From contig CBDDCA010000006.1 in NCBI GenBank assembly GCA_965226055.1, positions 258,251-322,250 of the forward strand: a stretch of 64,000 nt of DNA, in the 5' to 3' direction. Of this stretch, positions 1-9,930 are shown piece after piece; the first letter of the stretch is position 1; each line of letters opens with the position of its first letter. Position numbers and translations under genes: made by a program. Under the pieces are notes generated by a model, which was given only the letters and a program-made list of their open reading frames with translations, was not told the origin of the DNA and made no database searches. Source of the stretch: Spirochaetia bacterium (GTDB lineage Bacteria; Spirochaetota; Spirochaetia; WTKD01; G963693115).

Positions 1-1611
1 TGCACCAAGCCGTTCATTATCATTATTTATCGAAGCAAAAATATTATTCGCCTGTAGCTTTTGCCTATACTCTTCAGCAACATCTCTATACTGTTCTACA
101 ATAGGAATAATAACTACCTGTTCAGGAGCAAGCCATACAGGAAAAGCTCCCGAGTAATGCTCTATCAATACACCAAAAAATCGTTCCAAAGATCCCAGCA
201 ACGCACGATGAATCATATAAGGACGCTTTTTTTCTCCATCTTTATCAATAAAACTCATGTTAAATCGCTCAGGCAAATTAAAATCAAATTGAATAGTCGT
301 CATTTGCCATTCTCTTCCTAGCGCATCCTTAATTTTAAAATCTATTTTAGGACCATAGAAGGCCCCTCCTCCTTCGTCTATCTCATATTCAATATGTTCT
401 TCTTCTACTGCTTTCTTTAATGCGTCTGTAACCCTTTGCCAGTCATCATCCTTGCCTACCGCTTTTTTTGGTTTTGTTGCCAAAAAAGCCTTAATATCAG
501 AGAATCCTAAATCTTTCCAAATAGAATAAGAAAATCGTAACACTTCTTTTATCTCATTTTCTACTTGATCGGGAGTACAAAAGATATGAGCATCATCCTG
601 TGTAAAACCACGAACACGTAATAATCCATGCAATACTCCTCCTTTCTCATATCGATATACAGTACCAAGCTCTGCCCAACGTAATGGAAGCTCACGATAC
701 GATCGCATCTTATTTTGATATATCAGTATATGAAAAGGACAGTTCATAGGTTTCGCATAATAATCGCTTGCATCTAACTCCATAGGAGAATACATATTCT
801 CTTTGTAAAATTCAAGATGTCCACTTTTTTCCCATAACCAGCTTTTTCCTACATGTGGCGTAAACAGTATATCATAACCATTGTGAAGATGTCTTTCACG
901 CCAATAATCCTCCACAGTCACACGAATGCGAGCTCCTTTTGGATGCCAATAAATCAACCCTGCTCCTGCCTCTTCATGAATACTAAATAAATCAAGCTCT
1001 TTACCAATCTTCCTATGATCTCTTTTTTCTACTTCTTTTAACCACTCTAAATGCTGACGTAGCTCTTTTGGTTGAGTCCATGCAGTAGCGTATATCCTTT
1101 GTAACATAGGACGCTTTTCATCTCCACGCCAATACGCTCCTGCTACAGAAAGTAACTTACACGCCTTTGCATTCAAATACTTAGTACTAGGAACATGAGG
1201 CCCCTTACATACATCAACAAAATCGTATACTGTATAGGTACTCAACTCAGCATCATCATGAAACCCACTGATAAGCTCTTGCTTATATGGTTGCTGTTCA
1301 TACAACTTCATAATATCATCACGAGTATGTACCTGTTTTGTAAATACAGATTCTTCTTTTAGTATCTCACCCATAGTATCTTCTATCCGTACTAAATCAG
1401 CTTCAGTAAGCGAATGAGGGAGATCAAAATCATAGTAAAAGCCATTTTCTATGGGCGGACCAATAGCAGTCTTTGCCTCTGGAAACAGCTGTAGCACTGC
1501 TTTTGCCATAACATGAGCAAAACTATGGCGTATACGATACAATTGTTCTTCTATAGATAATTTTTTATATTCTGATTCATTTATGTTTTCTTCCATAGTA
1601 ACCTCTTCCAT
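1..1611 (-). CDS. thrS: Threonyl-tRNA synthetase (3' partial; runs off window start). Begins directly with the editing (N2) domain
   Basis: Reverse-strand translation reads MEEVTMEEN...RHSFAHVMA (HxxxH), DVCKGPHVP (CxxxH), RDHRKIGKELDLF, then the class II catalytic core, then a C-terminal anticodon-binding region that continues past position 1. The ATG is at 1611 (alternative at 1596). This ORF is not in the supplied ORF track because it is edge-truncated. Confidence 0.85.
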   Translation of the reverse strand, partial: MEEVTMEENINESEYKKLSIEEQLYRIRHSFAHVMAKAVLQLFPEAKTAIGPPIENGFYYDFDLPHSLTEADLVRIEDTMGEILKEESVFTKQVHTRDDIMKLYEQQPYKQELISGFHDDAELSTYTVYDFVDVCKGPHVPSTKYLNAKACKLLSVAGAYWRGDEKRPMLQRIYATAWTQPKELRQHLEWLKEVEKRDHRKIGKELDLFSIHEEAGAGLIYWHPKGARIRVTVEDYWRERHLHNGYDILFTPHVGKSWLWEKSGHLEFYKENMYSPMELDASDYYAKPMNCPFHILIYQNKMRSYRELPLRWAELGTVYRYEKGGVLHGLLRVRGFTQDDAHIFCTPDQVENEIKEVLRFSYSIWKDLGFSDIKAFLATKPKKAVGKDDDWQRVTDALKKAVEEEHIEYEIDEGGGAFYGPKIDFKIKDALGREWQMTTIQFDFNLPERFNMSFIDKDGEKKRPYMIHRALLGSLERFFGVLIEHYSGAFPVWLAPEQVVIIPIVEQYRDVAEEYRQKLQANNIFASINNDNERLGA

Positions 1612-1675
1612 TCAATATATATTTATTGTATAGTACTCTTTACAATATTACCATACCCTACTGTTCTATATTGGA

Positions 1676-1767
1676 AATTATAGACTGATAGTAAATATGT
1701 ATAAAATGTTGTATAATTGAGTAAAGGAGGCTGGGCTAATCTAATTTTGCTTATCCTTGCCAACCCC
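1676..1767 (+). repeat. Copy A of a ~95-bp IS1595-like element terminal segment (about 85% identical to 4838-4930). It contains a 'taaaggagg' RBS-like motif and ends '...ccaacccc'
   Basis: Direct alignment of 1676-1767 with 4838-4930. The 5' part translates as the remnant of a transposase C-terminus (..NYRLIVN vs ..EFRFNYRPIAN). Confidence 0.5.
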
Positions 1768-1790
1768 TAAAATTATTAAAAGAGGTATAT

Positions 1791-4043
1791 ATGAAGTTAA
1801 ATATATTCTATTTATTTTTTATATTTCTTGTGTTTTCACTTTTTACTTGTGAAGATATAAAGGTTAATAGTAAGGAAAAAGCCACCGCACCAGCAGAGGC
1901 ACGCAGTGTTACAGCAAGCCACACCGATACAAGTATAACTATATCATGGCAAGCCCCTACCCTTACAAGCATACACACAAAAGCAAATGGAGAAAGGCTT
2001 ACAACGACAGATGTATCGTACAAAGTATACAGAGTAGCAAAAGGAAGTGATGCCCGAAGTATAGCCCAGATTAAAACAGCAGACACGAACCCGATAGCAG
2101 TAGCAAAAGGAACAACAAGCACAACTATAAGTAACCTTACTGAAAATACCACCTATGAAATAGTAGTACAATCAGTCAATGCAACAGATAGTACACAAGT
2201 CTCTACAGGCATGCGAATAGAAGTTACTACCCTTGCTACTAATCAAGCAACCGCACCAGCAGAGGCACGCAGTGTTACGGGAAGTCCTACCGATACCAGT
2301 ATAGGCATATCATGGCAAGCACCTGCCCTTACAAGCACACACAAAAAAGCAGATGGAGAAAGGCTCACAACAGCAGATGTATCGTACAAAGTATACAGAG
2401 TAGCAAAAGGAAGCAAAGCCCGCACAATAGCCCAGATTAAAACAGCAGACACAAACCCGATAGCAGTAGCAAAAGGAACAACAAGCACAACTATAAGTAA
2501 CCTTACTATAAATACTACCTATGAAATAGTAGTACAATCAGTCAATGCCACTGACCCAACAAAAATCTCTACAGGTACACTAATAGAAGTAACTACCAAT
2601 AGTCAAGCAACTGCACCAGCAGAGGCACGCAGTGTTACAGCAAACCACACCGATACCAGTACAACTATATCATGGCAACCCCCAATACTTACAAGCACAC
2701 ACAAAAAAGCAGATGGAGAAAGGCTCACAACGGCAGATGTATCGTATAAAGTATACAGAGTAGCAAAAGGAAAGAATGCCCGCACAATAGCCCAGATTAA
2801 AACAGCAGACACAAACCCAATAGCAGTTGCAAAAGGAATAACAAGCACAACTATAAGTAACCTTACTGGAAATACTCCCTATGAAATAGTAGTACAATCA
2901 GTCAATGCCACCGACCCAACAAAAACCTCTACAGGAGTACAAATAGAAATAACTACCAATAGTCAAGCAACTGCACCAGACGAGACACACAGTGTTACAG
3001 CAAGCCACACCGATACCAGTACAACTATATCATGGCAAGCCCCTACCCTTACAAGCAGTCACAAGAAAGCAGATGGAAGATGGCTCACAACAGCAGATGT
3101 ATCGTACAAAGTATACAGAGTAGCAAAAGGAAAGAATGCTCGCACAATAGCCCAAATTAAAACAGCAGACACGAACCCGATAGCAGTAGCAAAAGGAACA
3201 ACAAGCACAACTATAAGTAACCTTACTGGAAATACCACCTATGAAATAGTAGTACAATCAGTCAATGCTACCGACCCAACAAAAACCTCTACAGGAGTAC
3301 AAATAGAAATAACCACCCCAAGCCAAGCTACCATACCAGAAGAAATCCGCTTTTTAGGAAGAAGTCGAACCGATGACAGTATATCCCTATCATGGATATA
3401 TATTTATATTACTCCAGGCAAGAAAGCAACTGGACAAAAGCTTACAGCGGCAGATATATCGTATAAAATATATAGAGTAGCAAAAGGAAAGAATGCCCGC
3501 ACAGTAGCCCAGATTAAAACAGCAGACACAAACCCGATAACAGTAGCAAAAGGAATAACAAGCACAACTATAAGTAACCTTACTATAAATACTACCTATG
3601 AAATAGTAGTACAATCAGTCAATGAAACGGACACTACAAAAGTATCTACAGGAGTACGAATAGAAGCAAATACCGATAGTCAGGCAACCGCACCAGAAGA
3701 TACACAAAGTGTTGGAGTAGATACGACCACCGATGACAGTATAAGAATATCATGGGAAGCCCCTACCCTTACAAGCACACACAAAAAAGCAGATGGAGGA
3801 AGGCTCACAACAGCAGATGTATCATATAAAGTATACAGAGTAGCAAAAGGAAGGTATCCCCGCACAATAGCCCAGATTAAAACAGCAGACACGAACCCGA
3901 TAACAGTAGCAAAAGGAATAACCCACGCAACTATAAGTAACCTTAATGGAAATACTACCTATGAAATAGTAATACAATCAGTGAATGCAACGGACACTAC
4001 AAAAGTATCTACAGGAATACGATTAGAAGTAAATACCAAATAA
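1791..4043 (+). CDS. Surface lipoprotein with six tandem fibronectin type III-like repeats
   Basis: Signal peptide with lipobox (..FSLFTC). A ~120-aa unit repeats six times: 'ATAPAEARSVT..TDTSI.ISWQAP...ADGERLTTADVSYKVYRVAKG...TTYEIVVQSVNATD', which is FN3-like (SW..P, Y.V, TxYEfxVxavN). Confidence 0.8.
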   Translation: MKLNIFYLFFIFLVFSLFTCEDIKVNSKEKATAPAEARSVTASHTDTSITISWQAPTLTSIHTKANGERLTTTDVSYKVYRVAKGSDARSIAQIKTADTNPIAVAKGTTSTTISNLTENTTYEIVVQSVNATDSTQVSTGMRIEVTTLATNQATAPAEARSVTGSPTDTSIGISWQAPALTSTHKKADGERLTTADVSYKVYRVAKGSKARTIAQIKTADTNPIAVAKGTTSTTISNLTINTTYEIVVQSVNATDPTKISTGTLIEVTTNSQATAPAEARSVTANHTDTSTTISWQPPILTSTHKKADGERLTTADVSYKVYRVAKGKNARTIAQIKTADTNPIAVAKGITSTTISNLTGNTPYEIVVQSVNATDPTKTSTGVQIEITTNSQATAPDETHSVTASHTDTSTTISWQAPTLTSSHKKADGRWLTTADVSYKVYRVAKGKNARTIAQIKTADTNPIAVAKGTTSTTISNLTGNTTYEIVVQSVNATDPTKTSTGVQIEITTPSQATIPEEIRFLGRSRTDDSISLSWIYIYITPGKKATGQKLTAADISYKIYRVAKGKNARTVAQIKTADTNPITVAKGITSTTISNLTINTTYEIVVQSVNETDTTKVSTGVRIEANTDSQATAPEDTQSVGVDTTTDDSIRISWEAPTLTSTHKKADGGRLTTADVSYKVYRVAKGRYPRTIAQIKTADTNPITVAKGITHATISNLNGNTTYEIVIQSVNATDTTKVSTGIRLEVNTK
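1881..4040 (+). repeat. Six in-frame tandem repeats with a 360-bp period (366/360/360/360/357/357 bp), more than 90% nucleotide identity among units 1-4
   Basis: Unit starts ('gca(a/c)c(c/t)gcaccagcagaggcacgcagt') at 1881, 2247, 2607, 2967, 3327 and 3684. The reverse strand produces periodic spurious 75-aa ORFs. Confidence 0.9.
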
Positions 4044-4395
4044 GTAGGAATAATGAAAATACTAATAAGTAATTGCATAAAGGTAAAATATTCTAAACGA
4101 TATACAGAAAGAACACATCCCAAGAACCATATACCGAGAGTAATATAGTGCGACATTTCACCAGTAAAATATTGAAAGAGGTAGAGTATCAAGTAACCGA
4201 ATACTTAAAAAGTATAGGAGTAAAAAATGATAGAGAAAAAAGACAGTTTTAGAGATGGAATGAAAAAAGCAGATAAAAGCGAAGACACTAAAGTTATAGA
4301 ACAGATATTAAATGAAGTAGGTAACTATTTAGTACAATTCGTTATGTGAAGTAAGTTGAGAAACAGCAACAAAATGGTATCATATATTTCGAGTA

Positions 4396-4857
4396 ATGAT
4401 AGCAAAAAAACTCACAGTATATGAAGTATTGATAAAAAGAGAAATAGATGAAAGTTATTTCGGAGGAAAAAGAAAAGGAAAACGAGGAAGAGGAGCAACA
4501 GAAAAAACAATAGTGCTTAGATTGTATAAAAGGAGTGACCATGTGCATACACTCACAATAAGTAATACAACGACTTGCAACTCTATAGTATCATACAGAA
4601 AAAATAGCTCCTCAGAGTAGTATCTATACAGACACCTCTCCGAGTGATAATATACTTGCTGTATCAGACTTTCAGCACTATCGCATAAATCATGCAAAGG
4701 AATTTGCACACAAGCAAAATCATATAAACGAGATAGAGAATTTTTGGAATCCAATCAAAGAGACATCTGAGAAGATACAATGGAATACAAAAAAACCATT
4801 TTGAATTATACTTAAAAGAATATGAATTTCGGTTTAATTATAGACCGATAGCAAACA
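4396..4857 (+). pseudogene. IS1595/ISXO2-family transposase remnant (C-terminal DDE region only, with frameshifts and stops)
   Basis: The 74-aa ORF 'EIDESYFGGKRKGKRGRGATEKTIV' matches the ISXO2-like transposase signature. Downstream frames read '..HYRINHAKEFAHKQNHINEIENFWNPIKETSEKIQWNTKKPF*' and 'EFRFNYRPIAN', the hallmark C-terminus of IS1595 transposases, but these are split across three frames. Confidence 0.7.
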
Positions 4858-4930
4858 TGTATATATGTGTTGTAAAATTGGATAAAGGAGGCAGGGTTAG
4901 TCTAATTTTGCTTATATCCATGCCAACCCC
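4838..4930 (+). repeat. Copy B of the IS1595-like terminal segment (the native 3' end of the degraded element)
   Basis: About 85% identical to 1676-1767, and contiguous with the transposase pseudogene. Confidence 0.5.
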
Positions 4931-5033
4931 ATATTATATTTTCGCCTATACAGTTATAATTTTTAGCATTTCTGCTTATCTCTTAAAAGAGAAAAGCAGA
5001 AACATGTGTATATGCATTAACAATGCATGAGAA

Positions 5034-5993
5034 TTACTGTAATGGGTATAGTAGCTTTTGCACTTCGGGAGTATCGATATTTTCAAGGCTTACATACGTA
5101 GCACCTGTATCGATTCTTGGATTTACGCTTTTTCCTTGTAGAGCATCGTATACTGACATAACGCCTTTATATCCCATTTGAAATGGATTTTGTACAACAA
5201 AGCCATTAATAACTCCACTTTGAAGCAAAGCTATTTCTTGCTCACTAGAATCAAATCCAACAAGAATAATATCCTCTCTTCCAATTTCCTGCAATCCTAA
5301 TGCCGCTCCTACCGCAGAACCTTCGTTTGCTGCAAAAATAGCTTTAAGATCTGGATTAGCTCGTACCATATCAACGATAAGATTAGCAGATTTATCATGA
5401 TCTCCTGCACCGTACACTGGCTCAAGAACAGTTATACCAGAATACTTTTTTAATTCCTGTAAAGCTCCATCTCTTCTGTCTATCCCTGTAGAACTAGTTG
5501 CATCATGAACAATAACGCCTACTTTTCCTTCTTCACCAATAAGAGTAGCAAGCTCTTTTGCTCCTATCGCTGCAGCATTTGCATTATCAGTAGCAACAAA
5601 ACTCAATGGAATGTCACTATCTACTCCAGAATCAAACATAACTACTGGAATACCTGCTGTATTTGCTTTTTCCACATACGGAATAAGAGCTTCCTTATCT
5701 AAAGCAGCAAGCAACAGACCATCAACTCTTGATGTAATAGCATTTTCTACCATATTGATTTGTACATCAATCATTGATTCGGTAGCAGGCCCCTCAAAAG
5801 TAACTCTAATGCCAAGTTCTTCTGCCGCAGTATCAGCTCCCAGCTTTACTGTTTGCCAAAATTCATGCTGAAACCCTTTACTGATAACAGCAATATATGT
5901 GTCATCATCAGACACAGACTCTTGATTTCCACCAGCAAAAAGCATACCAGTGAACACCAACAATAAAATAGTTGAAATAATGATTTTTTTCAT
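5034..5993 (-). CDS. Sugar ABC transporter periplasmic binding protein (CUT2, ribose/monosaccharide type)
   Basis: Signal peptide and a periplasmic-binding-protein type I fold (..VISKGFQHEFWQ..GADTAAEELG..). It is the last gene of the ATPase-permease-SBP operon. Confidence 0.8.
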   Translation of the reverse strand: MKKIIISTILLLVFTGMLFAGGNQESVSDDDTYIAVISKGFQHEFWQTVKLGADTAAEELGIRVTFEGPATESMIDVQINMVENAITSRVDGLLLAALDKEALIPYVEKANTAGIPVVMFDSGVDSDIPLSFVATDNANAAAIGAKELATLIGEEGKVGVIVHDATSSTGIDRRDGALQELKKYSGITVLEPVYGAGDHDKSANLIVDMVRANPDLKAIFAANEGSAVGAALGLQEIGREDIILVGFDSSEQEIALLQSGVINGFVVQNPFQMGYKGVMSVYDALQGKSVNPRIDTGATYVSLENIDTPEVQKLLYPLQ

Positions 5994-6014
5994 TATAACC
6001 TCCTTATATTATTT

Positions 6015-6998
6015 TTATTTATTGTTCATCCCTCGTTTTATACGCTGATTATCAAGATAGACCGCTAGTATTACTACTAAGCCTATAATAATCTGCTGCC
6101 AAAATTGATTCACCTGCATAAGATTAAGCCCATTCCGTAACACACTCATAATCAAAGCTCCTATGACTGTCCCTAGTATAGTCCCTACTCCTCCCGATAA
6201 ACTTGCTCCTCCTATTACTGCAGCAGCAATTGCATCAAGCTCTAATCCTGTAGCAATAGATGGTTGCCCCGAATTCAAACGTGCAGCCATAATGATCCCT
6301 GCAAATCCACACATAGCTCCTGAGAAAGTATATACAAAAAACTTCACTAATTTTACAGAAATTCCCGAAAGCCTCGCTGCTTCTTCGTTGCTTCCAAGTG
6401 CGAAAATATATCTTCCTACTACCGTTTTTGATAATAGTAAATGAGCTATCACTGCAAACACAGCAAGATAAATAACAGGCATAGGTAATATACCGTACAT
6501 ATCATAATTATATAACAGCTTAAAATTCTGTTGTTGATTAAAATATATTGGTCTGCCACCACTCAACACTAAAGCAAACCCTCTCGCACTTATCATAACC
6601 CCAAGGGTAGCAATAAAAGGAGGCAATTCTAAATGTGCCACTACTACACCGCTAAAAGCACCACATAGTATACCAGATATAACTCCAATGACAAGTGCTG
6701 GAGCTATAGCCATGCCAGATCTTAAAAGAAGAGCTACAATGACCCCCGAAACAGCGACAATAGAACCAACAGAAAGATCAATACCTGCAGTAATAATAAC
6801 TATAGTAATACCAATAGCCACAATACCAGTTACTGCAGTTTGTTTAATTACTGTTATGATATTATCATATTTTAAGAAATAAGGACTTGCAAAAGAGAAA
6901 AATATTACAAGTAACAATAAACTTGCAAATATAGCTAATTTTTGAATAGTACTAGAATTTATCATCGATTTTTTACAGACAATTTCTTTTTGTGACAT
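6015..6998 (-). CDS. Sugar ABC transporter permease (RbsC/BPD_transp_2 family)
   Basis: A 327-aa polytopic membrane protein with a typical RbsC-like hydrophobic profile, placed between the ATPase and the SBP. Confidence 0.8.
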   Translation of the reverse strand: MSQKEIVCKKSMINSSTIQKLAIFASLLLLVIFFSFASPYFLKYDNIITVIKQTAVTGIVAIGITIVIITAGIDLSVGSIVAVSGVIVALLLRSGMAIAPALVIGVISGILCGAFSGVVVAHLELPPFIATLGVMISARGFALVLSGGRPIYFNQQQNFKLLYNYDMYGILPMPVIYLAVFAVIAHLLLSKTVVGRYIFALGSNEEAARLSGISVKLVKFFVYTFSGAMCGFAGIIMAARLNSGQPSIATGLELDAIAAAVIGGASLSGGVGTILGTVIGALIMSVLRNGLNLMQVNQFWQQIIIGLVVILAVYLDNQRIKRGMNNK

Positions 6999-7026
6999 TA
7001 TAATAACTCCTATTTATAATACATAT

Positions 7027-8547
7027 CTAATTTTCATGTTGCATATGACCAGTAGCATATAACATAATTTTTTCCTGTGTAATATCTTGTTTTTCTAATA
7101 TACCTGATACTTCTCCCGAACACATTACCAATACTCTATCACTCATCCCAACAATTTCACTTAAATCTGAAGATACCATTATGATAGAAAGCCCAGTATC
7201 AGTTAAAGAAGTAATAAGATCGTATATTTCACGTCTTGCTCCAACATCAATACCTCTTGTAGGCTCATCAAAAATCAAAACATCGCATTGCGTACACAAC
7301 CACCGAGCAATAATCACTTTTTGCTGATTTCCTCCACTTAAATAGCGTACAATCTGAGTTAAAGAAGGAGTTTTTATACGTAAAGAATCTACAAATTCTG
7401 TACAATGCTCTCTTGCAATATTTTTGTTAATGATCCCTATCTTTTTAGAATGTTCCTTTATGGTAGCAAGGATTATGTTTTCTTGTACATTGAGATTAAG
7501 AGCAAGTCCATTTTTTTTCCTATCTTCAGTCAGATATCCAATACCATGCCTTATTGCATCACGCGGAGTATTGATAGCAACTTCTTTAGAATGAACAAAT
7601 ACTTTACCACTATCCTTCGGATCTGCACCAAAGATAGCTCTCATTAACTCAGTACGACCAGCTCCCACTAAACCAGACACTCCTAGTATTTCTCCCTTAC
7701 ACAAAGAGAACGATATATTCTTTAAGTCAGGATTACGCTGTATATTTTCTACACGCAAAATTTCCTCTCCTCTATGAGGATGCCTCGTAGGAAACATATC
7801 AGTAAGCTCTCTTCCTACCATAAGATGTATAAGATGTTCAGTAGTAGTATCCGCATAGTGCAAAGTATCAATATACTGACCATCTCGAAATACAGTTACT
7901 CTGTCCGCAATTTCTTCCAGCTCCTTCAATTTATGAGAGATAAAAATAATTCCTTTTCCTTGCTCTTTTAGTCTACGTACTGTACTAAACAATACTTCTG
8001 TTTCTGCTTCACTTAATGTTGCTGTTGGCTCATCCATAATGAGAATATCACAAGACACTGAGATAGCTTTAGCAATCTCTACCATTTGCTGTTCTGCAAC
8101 ACTTAAAGTACTTACTTTTGCATATACATCAATACTATAATTAAGTAACTGCAATATTCTATTTGCTTCTTCATTTAATTTTTTCTCATTAAGCACATAC
8201 CGAGCATAGCGTGGTTCTCTCCCAATAAATATATTTTGTGCAACAGTAAGATGGGAGAAAAGATTGAATTCTTGATGAATAATACTAATACCAATTTCCT
8301 GTGCTACATGAGGATTAAGCACTTCAATTTTCTTACCACGATATATAATATCTCCTTTATCTGGTTGATATACTCCAGTAAGAATTTTCATAAGAGTAGA
8401 TTTGCCTGCCCCATTTTCACCTAAAATAGCATGTACTTCCCCTGCCTTTACATCTAAAGACACATTTTGCAACGCCTTTACTCCAGGAAAAAATTTAGAT
8501 ACATCTTGTACCTTCAACAGCATATCGCTTTTATTTTGTGCCATCAT
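7027..8547 (-). CDS. Sugar ABC transporter ATP-binding protein with two fused NBDs (RbsA/MglA type)
   Basis: Two Walker A motifs (GENGAGKST; GLVGAGRTE), two LSGG signatures (LSVAEQQ / LSGGNQQK), and a ~500-aa length. Confidence 0.85.
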   Translation of the reverse strand: MMAQNKSDMLLKVQDVSKFFPGVKALQNVSLDVKAGEVHAILGENGAGKSTLMKILTGVYQPDKGDIIYRGKKIEVLNPHVAQEIGISIIHQEFNLFSHLTVAQNIFIGREPRYARYVLNEKKLNEEANRILQLLNYSIDVYAKVSTLSVAEQQMVEIAKAISVSCDILIMDEPTATLSEAETEVLFSTVRRLKEQGKGIIFISHKLKELEEIADRVTVFRDGQYIDTLHYADTTTEHLIHLMVGRELTDMFPTRHPHRGEEILRVENIQRNPDLKNISFSLCKGEILGVSGLVGAGRTELMRAIFGADPKDSGKVFVHSKEVAINTPRDAIRHGIGYLTEDRKKNGLALNLNVQENIILATIKEHSKKIGIINKNIAREHCTEFVDSLRIKTPSLTQIVRYLSGGNQQKVIIARWLCTQCDVLIFDEPTRGIDVGARREIYDLITSLTDTGLSIIMVSSDLSEIVGMSDRVLVMCSGEVSGILEKQDITQEKIMLYATGHMQHEN

Positions 8548-8649
8548 TCATACCTACATACATTATCTCAAGAATACTAAATGAATTACTCTTTTTACAA
8601 TGTTTTAATATAAAAATGCACTGCAAAACAAAGAATATCCTTCCTAATA

Positions 8650-9642
8650 CTATTTACTTGTGTATTTTATAGAAACCCATATCCGAAACGAACTACTTTT
8701 TCCGTTATATTTACCACTTCCTTGAAAGCTAATTGTATACAATTTCTGTAATAGCTTCCCTTTTGCTTTACCACTTATTGTACCAGAGCTAGTATCAAAA
8801 CCTAATCCTGTCTCATCGTTAATATCAGGAGAAATAGCATAGCGACCAGATATATCACTGGGATTTGCATCAAAACTCACCGATATATCAGTATCTTTGT
8901 CAGCAATAGCCATAATGAACGGTAAGCCATTATACGGTTCTATGGTAACAGCATCATTCCCGCTTGGAGTAAATACATAGCTCCAGCCAGGAAGTTTTAC
9001 ACTCGTAACACCTGAATTATCAAATATACCTTCTACTCTAATAGTATCTTGTATATCCCATTCCTCTAAATCATGCTTAAACCCAGTGGCTCCCTTAAAC
9101 ATATTAATCATATTATTGATAGTATTGTTTACTTTCCACGTTGATATATCTTGATTAAACTGTGTCGCTCCTGCAAACATACTGTTCATATTTTTCACTT
9201 TCTCTACTTTCCACACTGATATGTCTTGATCAAACTGTGTTGCTCCTGCAAACATACCACTCATATCGGTAACATTACTGACATTCCAGCTTGATATATC
9301 TCCATTAAAATGAGTATTTCCCTTAAACATATTGCTCATATCGGTAACATTACTGACATTCCAGCTCGATATATCTCCATTAAAATTAGCTAAATCTCCA
9401 TCACTACTAAATAAACCACTCAAATCTGTCATATTACTTATATCTATATTTGAGAGATCTGTTTCCCATCCATGAAATGAAACTTCACGTTTTATATTAT
9501 TAGCTAGTACTTGTTTATCCGATGGATGATAGACAAAAGACAAGTCTGTAGATTCCTGACTACAACTAAAAAGCAGTAGCAATCCCATTCCTATCATCCA
9601 TAGAAAATAATACTTATATGCTTGAGCATTACATTGTCTCAT
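8650..9642 (-). CDS. DUF285-repeat lipoprotein with a C-terminal He_PIG-like Ig domain. A small paralog of the 2822-aa neighbour
   Basis: Lipobox (LLLFSC). Four repeats of '..F.G...FN.DIS.W.VS.VT.M..MF' (Mycoplasma-type DUF285), then 'SPDINDETGLGFDTSSGTISGKAKG' (the TGxISG signature). Confidence 0.7.
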   Translation of the reverse strand: MRQCNAQAYKYYFLWMIGMGLLLLFSCSQESTDLSFVYHPSDKQVLANNIKREVSFHGWETDLSNIDISNMTDLSGLFSSDGDLANFNGDISSWNVSNVTDMSNMFKGNTHFNGDISSWNVSNVTDMSGMFAGATQFDQDISVWKVEKVKNMNSMFAGATQFNQDISTWKVNNTINNMINMFKGATGFKHDLEEWDIQDTIRVEGIFDNSGVTSVKLPGWSYVFTPSGNDAVTIEPYNGLPFIMAIADKDTDISVSFDANPSDISGRYAISPDINDETGLGFDTSSGTISGKAKGKLLQKLYTISFQGSGKYNGKSSSFRIWVSIKYTSK

Positions 9643-9785
9643 AACTATTACACCAAATATACATTGATTACTACAGCTTGTACTTTAACTATAATTATTT
9701 TTACTAAATCTTACAGAGTAAAAAAACAATATGCTATTATTATACACTATATTAAAAAAATATGCAAAAATAGGTAATAAGTTGC

Positions 9786-9826
9786 CACGAGTTCAAGTAT
9801 TAAATGTGACAAAGGAGCAAAAAAAG
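9786..9826 (+). repeat. Solo IS30-family left-end (IRL) remnant, a degenerate copy
   Basis: 'cacgagttcaagtattaaatgtgacaaaggagcaaaaaaag' matches the left end of the intact IS at 54784 (cacgagttcaaggattaaatgcgacaaaggagcaaaaaaag) with three mismatches. Confidence 0.5.
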
Positions 9827-9930
9827 CGAAAATATAAAAAATACTGAATGTATCTCTTGCCTTTATTTCTTGAATTTGTAGCAGCTATCTTTTCTGTATA
9901 ACTGTGAGTAAGGTATTTTATAAGTGGCAA

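Noticed and set aside
61-321. 86-aa plus-strand ORF at the window start
   Set aside because: It is antisense to the anticodon-binding region of thrS and has no independent support.
1808-3892. A series of minus-strand ORFs of 70-114 aa, spaced every 360 bp and opposite the FN3 lipoprotein gene
   Set aside because: Their periodicity mirrors the 360-bp coding repeats of the plus-strand gene, and their proteins are Cys/Tyr/Phe-rich nonsense. They are antisense artefacts.
4227-4349. 40-aa ORF (MIEKKDSFRDGMKKADKSEDTKVIEQILNEVGNYLVQFVM) upstream of the transposase remnant, as a possible N-terminal transposase fragment or small gene
   Set aside because: It is too short, has no Zn-ribbon or HTH signature, and has no RBS. 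I cannot distinguish it from chance in AT-rich DNA.
4966-5027. Two short hairpins (tttctgcttatctc..gagaaaagcagaaa; atgcatt-aaca-atgcat) downstream of the SBP gene, as intrinsic terminators
   Set aside because: The stems are imperfect or short, and neither is followed by a U-tract on either strand. I have not listed them as features.
9786-9826. Possibility that the recurring 'cacgagttcaaggattaaatgcgac' element is a tRNA 3' fragment or integrase att site, since 'GTTCAAGG' recalls a T-loop
   Set aside because: There is no complementary T-stem and no acceptor or CCA context. The same sequence forms the inverted-repeat left terminus of the intact IS30-family element at 54786, with a matching inverted right end at 55839-55863.
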